DNA of 64,000 nt, taken from Octopus sinensis. Taxonomy: Eukaryota. The DNA is taken from contig NC_043018.1 in assembly GCF_006345805.1 (NCBI RefSeq), positions 9,672,001 through 9,736,000 of the forward strand, in the 5' to 3' direction. The first letter of the stretch is position 1. Every line of letters begins with the position of its first letter. Shown piece by piece: positions 39,792-54,081 of this stretch. The notes beneath the pieces are model-generated. The model saw nothing but the letters and a program-made list of their open reading frames with translations, had not been told where the DNA came from and did not search any database. The translations under genes were made by a program, and so were the position numbers.

Positions 39792-40077
39792 CTGCGGCCA
39801 TGCTGGAGCACTGCCTTTAGTCGAGCAAATCGACCCTAGGACTTATTCTTTGTAAGCCTAGTACTTATTCTATCGGTCTCTTTTGCTGAACCGCTAAGTT
39901 ACGGCAACGTAAACACACCAGCATTGGTTGTCGAGCAATGTTGGGGGACAAACACAGACACACACACACACACACATATATACATATATACGACGGGCTT
40001 CTTTCAGTTTCCGTCTACCAAATCCACTCACAAGGCTTTGGTCAGCCTGAGGCTATAGTAGAAGATACTTGCCCAAG
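39761..40077 (-). mobile_element. SINE family A, 5'-truncated antisense copy overlapping the putative plakin stop codon
   Basis: ctttactcttttacttgtttcagtcatttgactgcggcc... matches the family tail. Confidence 0.9.
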
Positions 40078-42271
40078 TCTTCCTGCTTCCTCTGCCATTC
40101 TCATGCAGACTTTCTACCCTGTGCACCCACCCCTCACCACCACCACCACCACCACCACCACCACCACCTCACTCTGTTCCGTCTCATTTCCATTACGTTT
40201 TCCTTCTCCCCAATCTTTCCTCCCCACCTCCCCCACCCTACTTCCTCCAGTTTTTTTTTTTTTTACCTTTTTCTTTTTTCTCTTCTTTTTTTTCCGTTTC
40301 TGGTTCTTTCCCAAATTCTTCCCAAATTCATCCCAAAATGTCGAGAACATTCCTCCCTTCACTGCACATTTGTTGCCAAATTACTTTGAGAAACATTTCT
40401 TCAACTGCACAAAAAAAAAACACAAAAAAAACCCAAACAAACAAAGAAACAAAAACACCCAAGAAAAAAAGAAACTGAAAAAGAAATCCCCACCCCCACC
40501 CCCACCCCAAACTACCGTTTTATTGCTTAGTAAAGAGTAAAAAGGGAGTGAGCAATCCTTCGGAACAAGGAGCAGAGTGAAGGGGGGGGGGGGCAGAAAA
40601 GGAGAGCAGGGGATGGTCCTTCTAATGCACATCACACAGACATATTTCGTTTTCTGTCTCATTCTTGTTTTATTTATCCCTTTTTTTATTTAGATAATTT
40701 CATTTATCTATTTCTTTGTCTTATTTATTTTCTTTTTGTTTATATTGTCTTATTATTATTATTATTATTATTATCATCATCATCATCGTCATTATTATTG
40801 TTATTAGGCAATGAGCTGGTAGAATCGTTAGCACACCGGGCGAAATGCATAGCCGTATTTCGTCTGCCGTTACGTTCTGAGTTCAAATTCCGCCGAGGTC
40901 GACTTTGCCTTTCATCCTTTCGGGGTCGATTAAATAAGTACCAGTTACGCACTGGGGTTGATAATAATCGACTTAATCCATTTGTCTGTCCTTTTTTTGT
41001 CCCTTCTGTGTTTAGCCCCTTGTGGGTAGTAAAGAAATAGGGATTTTGCTTGTTGCTAAATTCTGCCGAGGTCAAATTTGCCCTTATTCCTTGGTGGTGG
41101 GGGGGGGTCAGTAAATTAAGTACCAGTGAAGTACTGGGGTTGATGTAATCGACCAGTTCCCTCCCCTAAAATTTCAGGCATTGTACTTATAGCAGAAAGG
41201 ATTATTATTATTATTATCATTGTCATCATCATCATCATCATGATTATTATTATTATTATTATTCTATGTTTGACTTTTGCTTTATATTTGTACAAGTTGG
41301 CTCCAAGTCTCACCCAGAGACCTCAAGAGACAACGAGTTGGAAGTCTGTGTTGGTGTTATGCCTAGGGTGCCATATATTTGGTTTTGTACTTAGTGTTGT
41401 ACTAGTGAATGCCTAAAAAAACCATACGAATTATTATTATTATTATTATTATTTGTTTCAGTCATTAGACTGTGGCCATGCTGGGGCACCACCTTGAAAG
41501 GAGTTTTAGTAAAAGCAAATCGACCCCTCCCACCAGTACTTATTCCTTTTTTTAACTCTTGTACTTAACCTCTCGATCTCTTTTTGCTGAACTGTTAAGT
41601 TACAGGGATGTAAACAAACCAACACTGTCAAGTGGTGGATGCACAAAGACACACACACACACACATATGTATACGACGAGCTTCCTTCAGTTTCCATCTA
41701 CCAAATTCACTGACAAGGCTTTGGTTGACCCAATGCTATAAATAGAATAACACTTGCCCAAAGTACCCTCACGGTGGGACTGAACTTGTAACCATATGGT
41801 TGGGAAACAAACTTCTTGGTAAGATTTGAACTTAGAGCAGCAAGTGTCAGAATACTGCGAGACATCCCATCCAACATTGGGTGGGACGTCTCACTTGGCC
41901 AATTTCTAGAACGTTTGACACTTAAAATATTTTAGCCAAAAATTTTTAGCCATCACCTCTATTCTCCCCCATTATATCTGTTAGTTGAGGTTTTCTTATT
42001 TTTTTCTCATGGAATTACATTAATAAATGAATAAAAATCCAAAATATTCGCACTGGAAGTTCTAAATTGGAATGTCTTTAAATTTCCTATAAATGCTTAA
42101 AATAAATTTAGGGGAAAGTTAATGCGAAAGAATTCAAAGGGATTTCCTCCGTTATTTCCTTGTCTCTCATTTTAAGAAAATCTCAACAGGAATTAAACTT
42201 ATTCATTTCCCGTGGTTGGCAGAATCATTAGAACACGAGACTGAAGTACCTTGTGGTATTTTCTCCAGTTT

Positions 42272-42303
<32 letters not shown>

Positions 42304-42574
42304 TTATCATTCCCACACGCACACACACTCAAATTCGGTGTGAATTGAGCAAATTCCTTTAAGCTGGGGAACTGGCAGAATTATTAGCAAGTCAGACAAA
42401 ATTGCTTTTCGGCATTAAGTCCGTCTTTATGTTCTGAGTTCTAATTCCGTCAAGGTTGACTTTGCCTTGCATCCCTTTCAGGGTCAAGAAAATACCAGTT
42501 GCACACTGGGGTCGATGTAAGTGACTTGCTCCCTCTACTGGCTTTGTGCTAAAACTTGAAACCATTATTATCAT

Positions 42575-43292
42575 TATTATTTACTTTTAATCTACATGTT
42601 TGTTGCAATCACTTGCCGAGACACACCCAGCGTCCTGGGGCGAGTGAAGGATAAGAGATCTTACATTTTGACTGAAATTTTGGAAGGGGAAGTGGCAGGG
42701 GCAGTAGCGAAATATCTTCATGTAATACAACACAGACATCTAAATGGATAGGATTTTTTTCTAAGGATGTGGGCAGTACTTCTCAGCAACAATCTCTCTG
42801 GATTTCTCTGAGATATGGTTCTCCTGGGATATTATCTAAATGTTTCTGACATCCCTTTTTTTATCATACCAAGGGCACCTACAATAACAGGAACATTTCT
42901 CGCTTTATGATGCTACATTTTTGTATTTCAATTTCCAGGTCGTTATATTTAATTAGTTTGTCAAGTTCCTTTACAGATATACTTTTATCAATAGGAACAC
43001 TTACCTCTATTAGTCTACAAGTATTTTATTTAATGACTATGTCTGGTCGATTAGCCTGGATCGTTCTGTTAGTGTTGATTGGAAAATCCCAGGGGAAAAT
43101 GACATTTTTTACCTTCAACGACTGGCTCAGGATGATGTTCATACTAGTAAGCAGGAGTGTAGATTTTGTAGTGTTTACATATGTTCCAATGTAAATATTA
43201 TCCTACCCTGTCGTGGCGAATTTTGTATACGTTTGGTGTCAGCACAGGCCATCCCGAGACAAGATGGTCTATTGTTCATTGTTATTCGTTCA
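42575..43292 (-). mobile_element. 3' part of a second RLE-bearing LINE (CCHC remnant + PD-(D/E)xK nuclease), ending in (TAA)n
   Basis: TIDHLVSG.PVL...Y..RHDRVG.YLHW.IC, WDFPI.T.RTIQANRPDIV, IEVSVP, VPVIVGALG; many stops and frameshifts. Confidence 0.88.
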
Positions 43293-43771
43293 GTGCCCAA
43301 GCATTGCCCACCTGTAGGTTTATATCGAACACGTGCGTGTGGGACGGATCTGGCTGACAACTGAATCCATCGTGAAGATCGCCCCGCCGCCTTCCTTTAA
43401 CCGAGAAGGAAAGGGTGTGTTTATATGCCTGGTGACCATGGCAAAAGAGGTTGTATAGTGGACAAGATTGAAGGGGCTGAAGACAAACACTTTTCTCTTT
43501 GGCGAATCCCTGTTCAACTTCTTCAAGTTTCACTCGAAAAGGAAAATAAAGGTAGAGAGGGAAATGCCGTCTTCTAACCAGTTTGCTGAAAGGTGGATGA
43601 AAGTGGCGAGAATGGTGCGGGTGAACGGGCCTGCCCTGAGCATACGCATGTAGTTGGAGAAAAGGAAACGAAAGGCAGGGTACCCATGGTTTTTATGGGG
43701 TTTTTCCATGAGCAGCCCTCAAACGTCTCCTCCCTATTGAGGATCACACATTGTTGATTTAAAAAAAAAAT
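43288..43771 (+). mobile_element. 5'-truncated L1/Tx1-clade LINE 3' end with poly(A)
   Basis: VQCPSIAHL..., ESIVKIAPPPSF...FICLVTMAKEVV*WTR.KGL...LFNFFKFH.KRKIKVER...F..RW..VARM*, followed by a UTR and an A tract at about 43761-43771. Confidence 0.75.
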
Positions 43772-44175
43772 TGTTGGTAATGTTTACACGCAAAACCCTC
43801 ACAACATACATTCACACATATTCTTTGTTTTGTCCTGTATTGTCCATAATGTTTTTCTTAATGTAAACACATGAGAAGGTGGTGAGCGCATCGGACGAAA
43901 TACCTAACAGCACTTTGTTCTGAGTTCGAATCTTGCTGAGGTCAACTTTGCCTTCCATCCTCTTGGAGTCAACAAAAATAAAGTTGGTAAGCAGTGGGAG
44001 AGGGGCGGGACAAACACAAAGACACGCACACATATACATATATATACACAAACATACAGACATACATGCGTATATGTATGTGTGTGTATGTATATATATA
44101 TATATATATATATATAACACATACATATATATATATATATATTATATATATACACACACATACATACATACATAT

Positions 44176-44221
<46 letters not shown>

Positions 44222-44422
44222 AGAGAGAGAGAGAGAGAATGAGAGAACTTTGCCTACCAGTTGAGGCTGGTAACCAACAATGGATTAAATAATTTTCTTC
44301 TGAAGATCTGGCATTTTAAGGTGATTGTGTAATCTACATAACAATACTTTATGACATACAAGGATACTCAAGTGAAACACATGTAAAGATTGTGGAATTC
44401 ATGATGTCGTGATAAAGAGTTT

Positions 44423-44800
44423 GTGAAGGGGCATGGCCTTGTGGTTAGAGGTGTTGCTTTCACGATCGCAAGACCGTGGTTTCGATTCCCAGACCAGCAG
44501 TACGTTGTGTTCTTGAGCAATACATTTCATTTCACATTTGCTCCAGTCCACTCAGCTGTAAATGGTCTCTCTGTGACGGATTGGCGTTCCGTTGAAGGGG
44601 TTGGAATGTTGGCCCTCCCATCTAGGCAGGTTTTGAAAGCTACGACAATGCGAGGAACGCATTGTGTCAGCGGTGTATAACAACATCCAACGGTATGGTC
44701 GAAACAGTGATAAGAAAGAATTTAACTGAATCTCCTGTTTTATTTTGTTATGTGGAACTGAACCAGAAACCACAAGGCTGGGAAGCGAGCTTTTGAACCA
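44423..44800 (+). mobile_element. tRNA-derived SINE family D
   Basis: gcatggccttgtggttag (A box), ggtttcgattccc (B box), gtgttcttgagcaa core. Antisense relatives at about 5170, 12430, 33640 and 61400. Confidence 0.75.
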
Positions 44801-45185
44801 CACGGCAAAAGAAGAAAATTAAATCGGACAGGGAAGCTTCAAGATTGATTAGAAACATTTTTTACTTTTCAAATATTGCCAAGAAAAATAAAACAGATAC
44901 GCCCAAAGAAATTCCTGTCAAATTTTAACGGCATTTTTCACGTTTTAAGGAAATACTTGGATTGTTTGTGATCTTGATGTTTGGAAGGGGAAATTGTAAG
45001 TAGCAGACGACAAGGAGAACAAGTCTGTGATTAGGTTTACGTTGTTTAATCATAGATCAGTTGTCATCGAACAGATTATAGGTATTCCGACCATGACCAT
45101 CCCGTCTATTTCTGAGTGTGTAGAACAGTGTTTCTCAACCATTTTATAATTAAAAGTTATTAGGATTTACATTAAATAAAAATTT

Positions 45186-45594
45186 GGATCTTTTCGGTTT
45201 GAACGGCAGTTTTTATAGCAGTGTCATATGAAATTGTCACCCATAATTATGACCCTAGTATCGATCTATTGCATTTCAATCTGTTTTAGGGTTAGGGTTA
45301 AGGGAAGGGTATCTTTTTTTTCTTCAGAAATGTAAATAAACCCAATCTGTTTCTTAAACGAGGGACATATTCATGCGGCACAGAATGTTTTCACCTCAAT
45401 AGACGTCATTGATTGGTTGAAATTGCAGAAATTAAAGAAAAGAAACAACAAATATCTTACAAACTATAGAATTTTCACAATAAAGCCAAGAGAAAAAGAT
45501 GTTTTATAAACAGATTCTACCAGTGTACGAAGTTTAAAATCTTTTAGTTACCTAGAAATTATTTTAAAAACTGCCGTTCAAACCGAAAAGATCC
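45186..45594 (-). mobile_element. Second copy of the 8-bp-TSD MITE (reverse orientation)
   Basis: Same TIRs, internal ttagggttaggg, flanks aaaaattt / aaaaattg. Confidence 0.88.
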
Positions 45595-46392
45595 AAAAAT
45601 TGAAATATCTTGTGTAATGTAAAAGTGCAACCAGTTCATTGCAGATAAATTTTAATAAAAGAAGAAAAAAAAAAGGAAATCTTAAATGGACCCCAGTTGA
45701 AAACCACTGATGATATTCAACGTGTTTTTCGTTTTACTAAGACGTGTATGTGGTGTGTGTGATGGGGGTGGGGAGCGCAGTTTGAAGTTGATTTAGCTGT
45801 TATTTCTAGCAGGCTAGACGATAGCGTGCCGGCACCTTTGTTTGATCAGATTTAATTATTGAGGTGGAAATGAAATCGGAATTCTTGAAATGAATCCAAT
45901 AAAAATTTCAATAAATTTTAATCACTTGAATCTGTTTCATTTACCGAAATTTAACCAAAGTATTTCCAAATTTTCACACAACGTAGATTTTTCATATATA
46001 TATTTATTTTTAGTTTTTATTCATTGTAGAATTTATTTATTTTTGGTTGCCAAATTATTAATATTCCGCTTTCTGTAATGTAATCTTGTTTTACAATCCT
46101 CTATTCCCTGAGCACCCACCGGGTGTCTACCCAAGTGAATCCACGCACACACACACACACACATGTGTACGCGCGCACACACACACATATACACACACAC
46201 GCACGCACACATACATGTGTACACACACACACACAAACACACGCGCACGCACACACATGTGTACACGCACACAAACACACACACACACGCACGCACACAC
46301 ACCCATACATGTGTACACACACACATACATGTGTACACATACACACAAACACACACACACACACACACACACACAACACACACACACACGCA

Positions 46393-46454
<62 letters not shown>

Positions 46455-49400
46455 CACACATACATGTGCACACACACACGCAAAAGCGTGCACACGTTGA
46501 ATTGTCTCTTGTTGAAGCGAGGAAAATGCCAGACATTCCAACTCGATGAAGAAACACAGAAAAAGAGGAATCGGCCGACAAAAGTGTGATTTGGTTCCTT
46601 CCTCGCCCACCCCCTCATTCGCTCCCTACCGCCCCCGCCGTCGCCCCCGCCACCGCCTTTTAACAGACTCTTCCCTTCCCCCTCCCCCCCATCAACGGTT
46701 GTTCCATGTTTTTTTCTTTAGAACACGAAGAAGCACTGATGATGTATTGATGCAATGTTTGTGTTTGTTTCTTTATTCTTCCTATCAACTTGTTGTCCAA
46801 GCAATCAGTCAACGGCCACCGTTTAGAACACCACCACCACCACCACTACCACCACTATAACCACCACCACCATAACCACCACCATCCTTCACCACCAGTA
46901 TCAACATCACCACCGCCATCACCATTATTTACATCATCATCCTCGCCATCATTAATCATTATCTCCGCCACCACCACCACCACCCCAACCACCACCTTCA
47001 CTACCACCCACCATCGTCACAACCATAAACACCACCACCACCACCACCACCACGAGTATCAACACTATCAACATCATCACCACATCAGTATTTCCACCAC
47101 CGCCCTCACCACCACCACCACCATCATCATCATCATCCTTGCCATCATTATCGTTATCTCCGCCACCACCACCACCCCAACCATCATCTTCACCATTAAT
47201 ACCACTTTCACTACCACCCACCCACCCACCATCGTCATCGCCATCGCAAACCGTGGAGTGTGTCTCTCTCTTGTCACAGCTGATGACGATGACGATTCTA
47301 CAAGTTACTTAAAGCACCACCACCACCACCAACCACCACCATCGCCAATAACCATTTCGAAGCCAGGCTGCTGTTGTTGCCGGCAACAACACGAGGAACT
47401 CCTTACATCCTGCAACTCTTATTTTTATTTATTCGGCATCAAAACAGAACAACAAACAACATTGTCAAAAAAAATCCCTTATATTTTGGATTTATTTCTC
47501 AAAAAGATTCTTTAATTCTTCGACCAAAAAAATGGACGAAGAAACTCCACCAAAAGACGAAGGTGATGTTTTTTTGTTTTTGTGATTCAGTTTTTTTTGT
47601 TTTGTTTTGTGTGTATTTTGTGTTGTTTTTTGTTTTCTGCTGTTTTTCTTTTCTTTCTTCCTCGTTGTTAAATATCTTTGTGATTGGTAACGGCATGAAT
47701 GCCACCTCATCGCATATCTTCTCCCCGCAAACGTAACGTCCTTCCTCAACAGACAGCAATAATTATAATTATTATTATTTATAATAAATAATAATAATAA
47801 TAATAATAATAATTATCTGCTATAAATAAGCAAAAAGGTCTAAAATTGTAGGAGAATCAGGGTGGGGTGGGGAGCCTCGTCGATTACATCGGATCCCCCT
47901 CCCCCCAGGGCTCCCTGTACTTATGTAATTAATCTGTACTTTTCTCATACATTCTTGTTTATAGCCGTACAAACGTGTGTGTTCATGTTTACTCTTACAT
48001 ACATCCGTTCGTCCACATATATTCTCTTTATATTCCTGCTTGTATATAGACTTATATATACGCATACATACATGCATACACACTCACGTATATATACACA
48101 TACTCGTTTGGGTTAACTCAATATTCTTGTTTACAGCTATATACACTCATCTGGTTATTTAGATATTCATGTTTATAGTTATATACATTCGTTCATTCAT
48201 ACACACACACACACACACTCTCTCACAGACACACACACACACACTCTCACACACACAGACACACCCGTTTGGTCAACTCAATATTCTTGTTTACAGTTAC
48301 AAATACACTCATTTAGTCAAATACATATTCATGTTTTACACACTCACTCGTTCCCCCCCCTCTTCAACCTCTGCACAATTCAATTTCTCTTTCTTTTCTC
48401 TTCCATTGTTCTCTCTCTCTCCCTCCTCTTCTACCCCCACCTCTTTCTCGCAGACAATGGATTATTCTGTCCATAAAAACCCCACCAATTCCACTTTTGC
48501 CCATTCCTTCCCACAACCAACATCCAGGCTCCACTTTACACTCGTCTTGTTTTGTTTCTGCTCAATTAAACAAACCTTTTGTTGTTTTTTCAATCCTTTG
48601 TCTTCGACGAAGGAAACCTGTTATTCTTACGTTTTCTCTTTCCCTTCATCTCTCTCCAACACACCTAGTTTCGTTTGCGATATTGTTATTGTATCGCTGT
48701 AGTGTTGTTATCGATAATGTTTATAGCTGTAGTATTTAATTATTGTTGTTGTTGTTGCCGCGGTTCCTAATGTTGTTACACTCTTTTTCTCTTTTACTCT
48801 CTTTTACTTGTTTGATTCATTTGACTGCGGCCATGCTGGAGCACCGCATTTAGTCGAGCAAATCGACCCCCAGGACTTATTCTTTGTAAGCCTAGTACTT
48901 ATTCAATCGGTTCTCATTTGCCGAACCGCTAACTTACGGGGGGACGTAAACACACCAGCATCGGTTGTCAAGCGATGTTGGCGGGACAAACACAGACACA
49001 CAAACATACACACACACATATATATATATACATATATACGATGGGCTTCTTTCAGTTTCCGTCTACCAAATCCACTCACAAGGCTTTGGTCGGCCCGAGG
49101 CTATAGTAGAAGACACTTGCCCAAGGTGCCACGCAATGAGACTGAACCCGGAACCATGTGGCTGGTAAGCAAGCTACTTACCACACAGCCACTCCTACGC
49201 ATGCGGGCAGTCTTGATCAAACAGATCTATTGTTTTTGCACAGCTCTGCATGTATAATGTGGTTCATTGTTGTTATTGCTGTTTGAGTCTGGTGTTGTCG
49301 TTATTATTATTATGACACTTAACGTTGGTGTGTCTGTTGCTGTTATTAGCTGTGTTGTTGTTGTTGTTATTATTCTAGTAAAAGCAGCGAACTGGCAGAG

Positions 49401-52377
49401 TCGTTAGCACGCCGGGCAAAATGCTTAGCGACATTTCGTTCGTCTTTACGTTCTGAGTTCAAATTTCGCCGAGGTCAACTTTGCCTTTCATCCTTTCGGG
49501 GTCGATAAATTAAGTACCAGTTGCTTACTGGGTCGATGTAATCGACTTAGCCCTCCCCCAAAATTTCAGGCCTTGTGCCTATAATAGAAAGGATTATTAC
49601 TGCTATTATTATTACAGTAGTTCAAGTCTAAAACAACAGACCGATAGCCGTGGTGTAGGTTTGGTCATCTGTAGACTTTGACCAACGGTCAGTATTGTAT
49701 ACATCTGGTCATAGATTGATAGTTGTTGCTGTTGTGCCGCGCTGGTCAGTCGTTGTTTGACCCTTACACCTTGTCAGTTATATGTCACTTTACGTAGTAG
49801 ACATACAAACATGATGTGGCTGTGTGGTAAGAAGCTTGCTTCCCAACCACATGGTTCCGGGTTCAGTTTCACTGCATAGCACCTTGGGCAAGTGTCTTCT
49901 ACTATAACCTCTTCTACTAAAGCCTTGTGAGTGGATTTGGTAGACGGAAACTGAAAGAGGTCTGTCGTGTGTATATATATATATATATATCAATGTGTGT
50001 CTTTTTGTCTGTGTTTGTCCCCACCACCGAATGACAACCGGCGTTGGCATGTTTACATCCTCGTTATCTAGTGGTTCGGAAAAGTGATCGGTAGACTAGT
50101 TACTAGGCTTTAAAAGATGTCCTGGAGTCAATTCTGCCTCGAAGAATTTTTAGCCGAGCGAATCAACCCCAATACTTCTTATTAATTAATTTATTTATTT
50201 TGTTTTAAAGCCTGGTGCTTATTCTGTCTTTCTTTTTTGCCGAACCGCTAAGTTACGAGAACGTAAACAAACCAACGCCGGTTGTCAAGCGGTGGTGTTG
50301 GAGAAGCTCGCGTTTTGGTCGGCCTGTGGTTTATAGTGGAGGACACTTGCCCAAGGTACTCCGCGGTGGGATTGAACCCAGAACCATATGATTGAGAATC
50401 AAACTTCTTACCACACAGCCCACACCTGCACCCAACACCCAACATTGTAACACATTTCTATACAATTCCTAATAATATTTAAATGTAGTTTTTTTTTAAA
50501 TATCGAACGGCTACGAGGGTCCACTCTAGTAAAATGAGATTCAAAAAGCTCACTAGGTAAAAAAATGGTCAAGAACCACTGATCCAGTCGGTTTGTTTCC
50601 TAAACTAACCCAAGAGTTTCAGAGAATTGGAGTTGCTAAATTGCATATCACAGGTGTTTAACTCTTTTTAGGCCGCTACTTGTTGTGCAGGGCTGGTCAG
50701 TTAGAGTTAGACCATGGCACCTTGTGAATGTCTGGTTAACTGTATTTAGACAAATACTGTCTTTTTACTCTTTTACTTGTTTCAGTCACTTGACTGTGGC
50801 CATGCTGGAGCACCGCCTTTTTAGTCGAGCTTATCACTTAGTCGACCCCAGGACTTATTCTTTGTAAGCCTAGTACTTATTCTATCGGTCACTTTTGCCG
50901 AACCGCTAAGTTACGGGGACGTAAACACAGCACCATCGGTTGTCAAGCGATGTTGGGGGCGGGGGACAAACACAAACACACACACATATATATACATATA
51001 CATATATACAACGGGCTTCTTTCAGTTTCCGCCTACCAAATCCACTCACAAGGATGTTGGGGGTGGGGACAAACACAGACACACATATATACATATACAT
51101 ATATACGACAGGCCTCTTTCAGTTTCCGTCTACCAAATCCACACACAAGGCATTGGTCGGCCCGAGGCTATAGTAGAAGACACTTGCCCTAGGTGCCACG
51201 CAGTGGAACTGAACCCGGAACTATGAGGTTGGTAAGCAAGCTACTTACCACACAACTACTCCTGCGCCTATAGTCGTTAAAGTATACATTTAATCAGTTA
51301 TATAGTCAGATCGACAGCTGTTTTTTTAGGACTGGTCAATTATTTTTAGACCAGTGGGTATTACTGTATACATCTGGTCAGTTACAGCTACACCGATAGC
51401 TGTTGTTAGGACTGATCAGTTATTCTTAGACCTGCGGATAATCTTTTCTACTCTAGGCGCGAAGCCCGAAATTTTTGGGGAGTGGGGAGTGGGGAGCCAG
51501 TCGATTAGATCGATCCCAGTACGCAACTGGCACTTAATTTATCGACCCCGAAAGGATGAAAGGCAAGGTTGACCTCGGTGGAATATTAACTCAGAACGTA
51601 AAGACAGACGAAATACCTATTTCTTTATTACCCACAAAGGGCTAAACATAGAGGGGACAAACAAGGACAGACATAGGTATTTATTCAATTACATTGACCT
51701 CAGTGCGTAACTGGTACTTAATTTATCGACCCCGAAAGGATGAAAGGCAAAGTCGACCTCGGCGGAATTTGAACTCAGAAAGTAGCGACAGACGAAATAC
51801 CGCTAAGCATTTCGCCCGGCGTGCTAACGTTTCTGTCAGCTCGCGGCCTTAAGACCTGCGGATATTACAGTATGCATTTGGTCTGTTATAATTAGACTGG
51901 TAGTTGCTGTGTTAGTCTGGTCAGTTACAGTTTGACCGTTGACCATATATATCTGGTCATATATTAAATTTTTACTGTATAGGTCAGGCCAGTTAGGCGA
52001 TCTTTCAGTAATAGTTAAACTTGTAGCCATTGTGTAGGTCTGGTCACCTAGTTAGACCGGTGGTCGTTGAGTATGGCTAATCAGTAATTATTCAGACCGA
52101 TACACATTGTATGCATTTGGTCAGTTATAGTTAGAGCGATAGTCATTGGTCATTTATAGTTAGGAGGTTGAATTCAAAATTATTAGGTCTGAGTTCAAAT
52201 CCCACCGAGGTAAACTCTGCTTTTTCAGCCTTTAGGGGTCGATGGAAACGTTCCGTTCTAGAATGGTGGAACTGTGAGGGGGTTGGAGAAGTTGCCTTGT
52301 TGTATTGGTTCTCACCCTTTGTGTTCTGAGTTCAAATCCCACCATGGCCTACGTGGATGGCAGACTTTAATCCTCAC

Positions 52378-52500
52378 CCTGTTTAACACTGCCAGCTGGC
52401 ACCTTGGGTACTTTTAGTGAAGGGTTCCATTTTGTTACAGGAATTCTGGGCAGGTTTGCGGATCCCTTTCTCTTTTCTCTTTCCCTCCCACGGAAACCAG
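52378..52500 (-). CDS. Candidate exon of an unidentified minus-strand gene (phase 1-1: GFRGREREKRKGSANLPRIPVTKWNPSLKVPKVPAGSVKQ)
   Basis: gtccttttag| acceptor, CAGG|gtgagg donor, 123 nt of unique sequence with one fully open frame; family not recognised. Confidence 0.4.
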
Positions 52501-54081
52501 CTAAAAGGACATGGCCCTTGTTTTTTACTCAGTGTTTTATATACTGAGCATTAATTCATACAAATGTTGGGGGAGTGACCAAAATAGATATTCATATAGT
52601 ACAGTATTGAAGTAGGTGTGGGTGTGTGGTGAGAAGTTTGTTTCCCAACCACACGGTTCCGGGTTCAGTCCCACTGCATGGCACCTTAGGCAAGTGTCTT
52701 CCACCATAGCACCTGGCCGACCAAAGCCTTGTGAATGGATTTGTTAGACGAAAAATGAAAGAAGCCCGTCATGTGTGTGTGTGTGTGTGTGTGTGTGTCT
52801 TTGTATTAGTGTTTGTCCTCCATCACTGCTTGACAACCAGTGTTGGTGTGTTTACGACCCCGTTACCTAGCTGTTTGGCAAAGGGGTCCGATGGAATAAG
52901 TATCATGCTTTTTATAAAAAGCACTGGGGTCGATTTGTTCAACTAAACTCTTCAAGGCGGTGCCCCAGCATGACCGCAATCCTGTGACTGGAACAAGCGA
53001 AAGAAATTTAAAAAAATATTTTCGAAGAATCATAATGTCTGGTCTTTTAAAACAAATCTGAAAAAAAAAGAAAGAAAATTTCAAAAGAATGTCAAAAGCG
53101 AAAATTTTTGGAATTCGGTGTAACGTGCACCCCCACTCGTCCCCACCCGTACTTGTTTTTGCAGCATCATAATCTCTGATGCTTAAAAGCATTCGAAGAA
53201 ATTACGGGTTTTTTTCCGTGGGGTGGGGTGGGGTGCAGTAGGTAATTTTCATCTCTTTAAGAACGTTTTTTTCCTTTTATCCTTCTGAAGTTGATACGGT
53301 ACAATACCTGCTAAATATTGGGGGATGAGTCAATCGATTAACCCCCCACCCCCACCATGCACTATAATCCAAAGTGCACTAATCCCTCTCATGCACTATA
53401 ATACAAAATGCCAGCTTCCAAATCCTGTTTTCTGATTGGGTAAAAATCAAATCTTAAACCAACTTCTGTAACATTTTTCTAAAACTTTTCTGGATGAAAT
53501 GAATAACAACATCAGGTTCAGCGTGAAAAACTACATCAATATCCCAAATTGTGACTTAATTTTACAATTTCAAGAAGTGTGAACCAAACAGAAAAAATCC
53601 ATCCATTCCTTAATATTTGGTTTTGTACAAAAGTTACCCCACAAAAGAAGACCCGCCCCCCAATCAACTATATTCCGGGATTTTGAAAAAAGCGGTAACC
53701 TTTCCCTATTTCACTTTTCACTTTGAAGGTGAAGTTTATATTTAGTTTCTATAGTTTTTTTATGTGTTATGAACGAATCTGAGCGGTAAAAAGCGTCGAA
53801 AATCCTTCTTTCTTTTGTTAAACCTACCCCACTGCAGTTGACAGCCGAGGGCGAGGGAACGTCTGTATGCAGGATCCCAGTCTGCTAGAAATAACTGATA
53901 ACCTCTCACTAGCAACGTGTGTTCGTGTGCACAAGTAGTGAATAACTTGAATAAATTGCATACCGGAATAGCTTCGTGTCAGACGTGAGTTTTCAATTAG
54001 TCTTAACACGAAGTTTAACCTTTCAAAGATGAGATGGGTTTAGTAGTAAAAGAATACCATCCCAATAATAATAATAATAAT

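Noticed and set aside
40328-40404. Minus-strand acceptor followed by VEEMFLKVIWQQMCSEGRNVLDILG*
   Set aside because: No supported upstream partner exon; the acceptor may be a by-product of the A-rich tract.
42907-43194. 95-aa hydrophobic plus-strand ORF
   Set aside because: Antisense shadow of the decayed RLE LINE on the minus strand.
46790-47515. 241-aa His/Thr-rich ORF
   Set aside because: Triplet-repeat field; no domain content.
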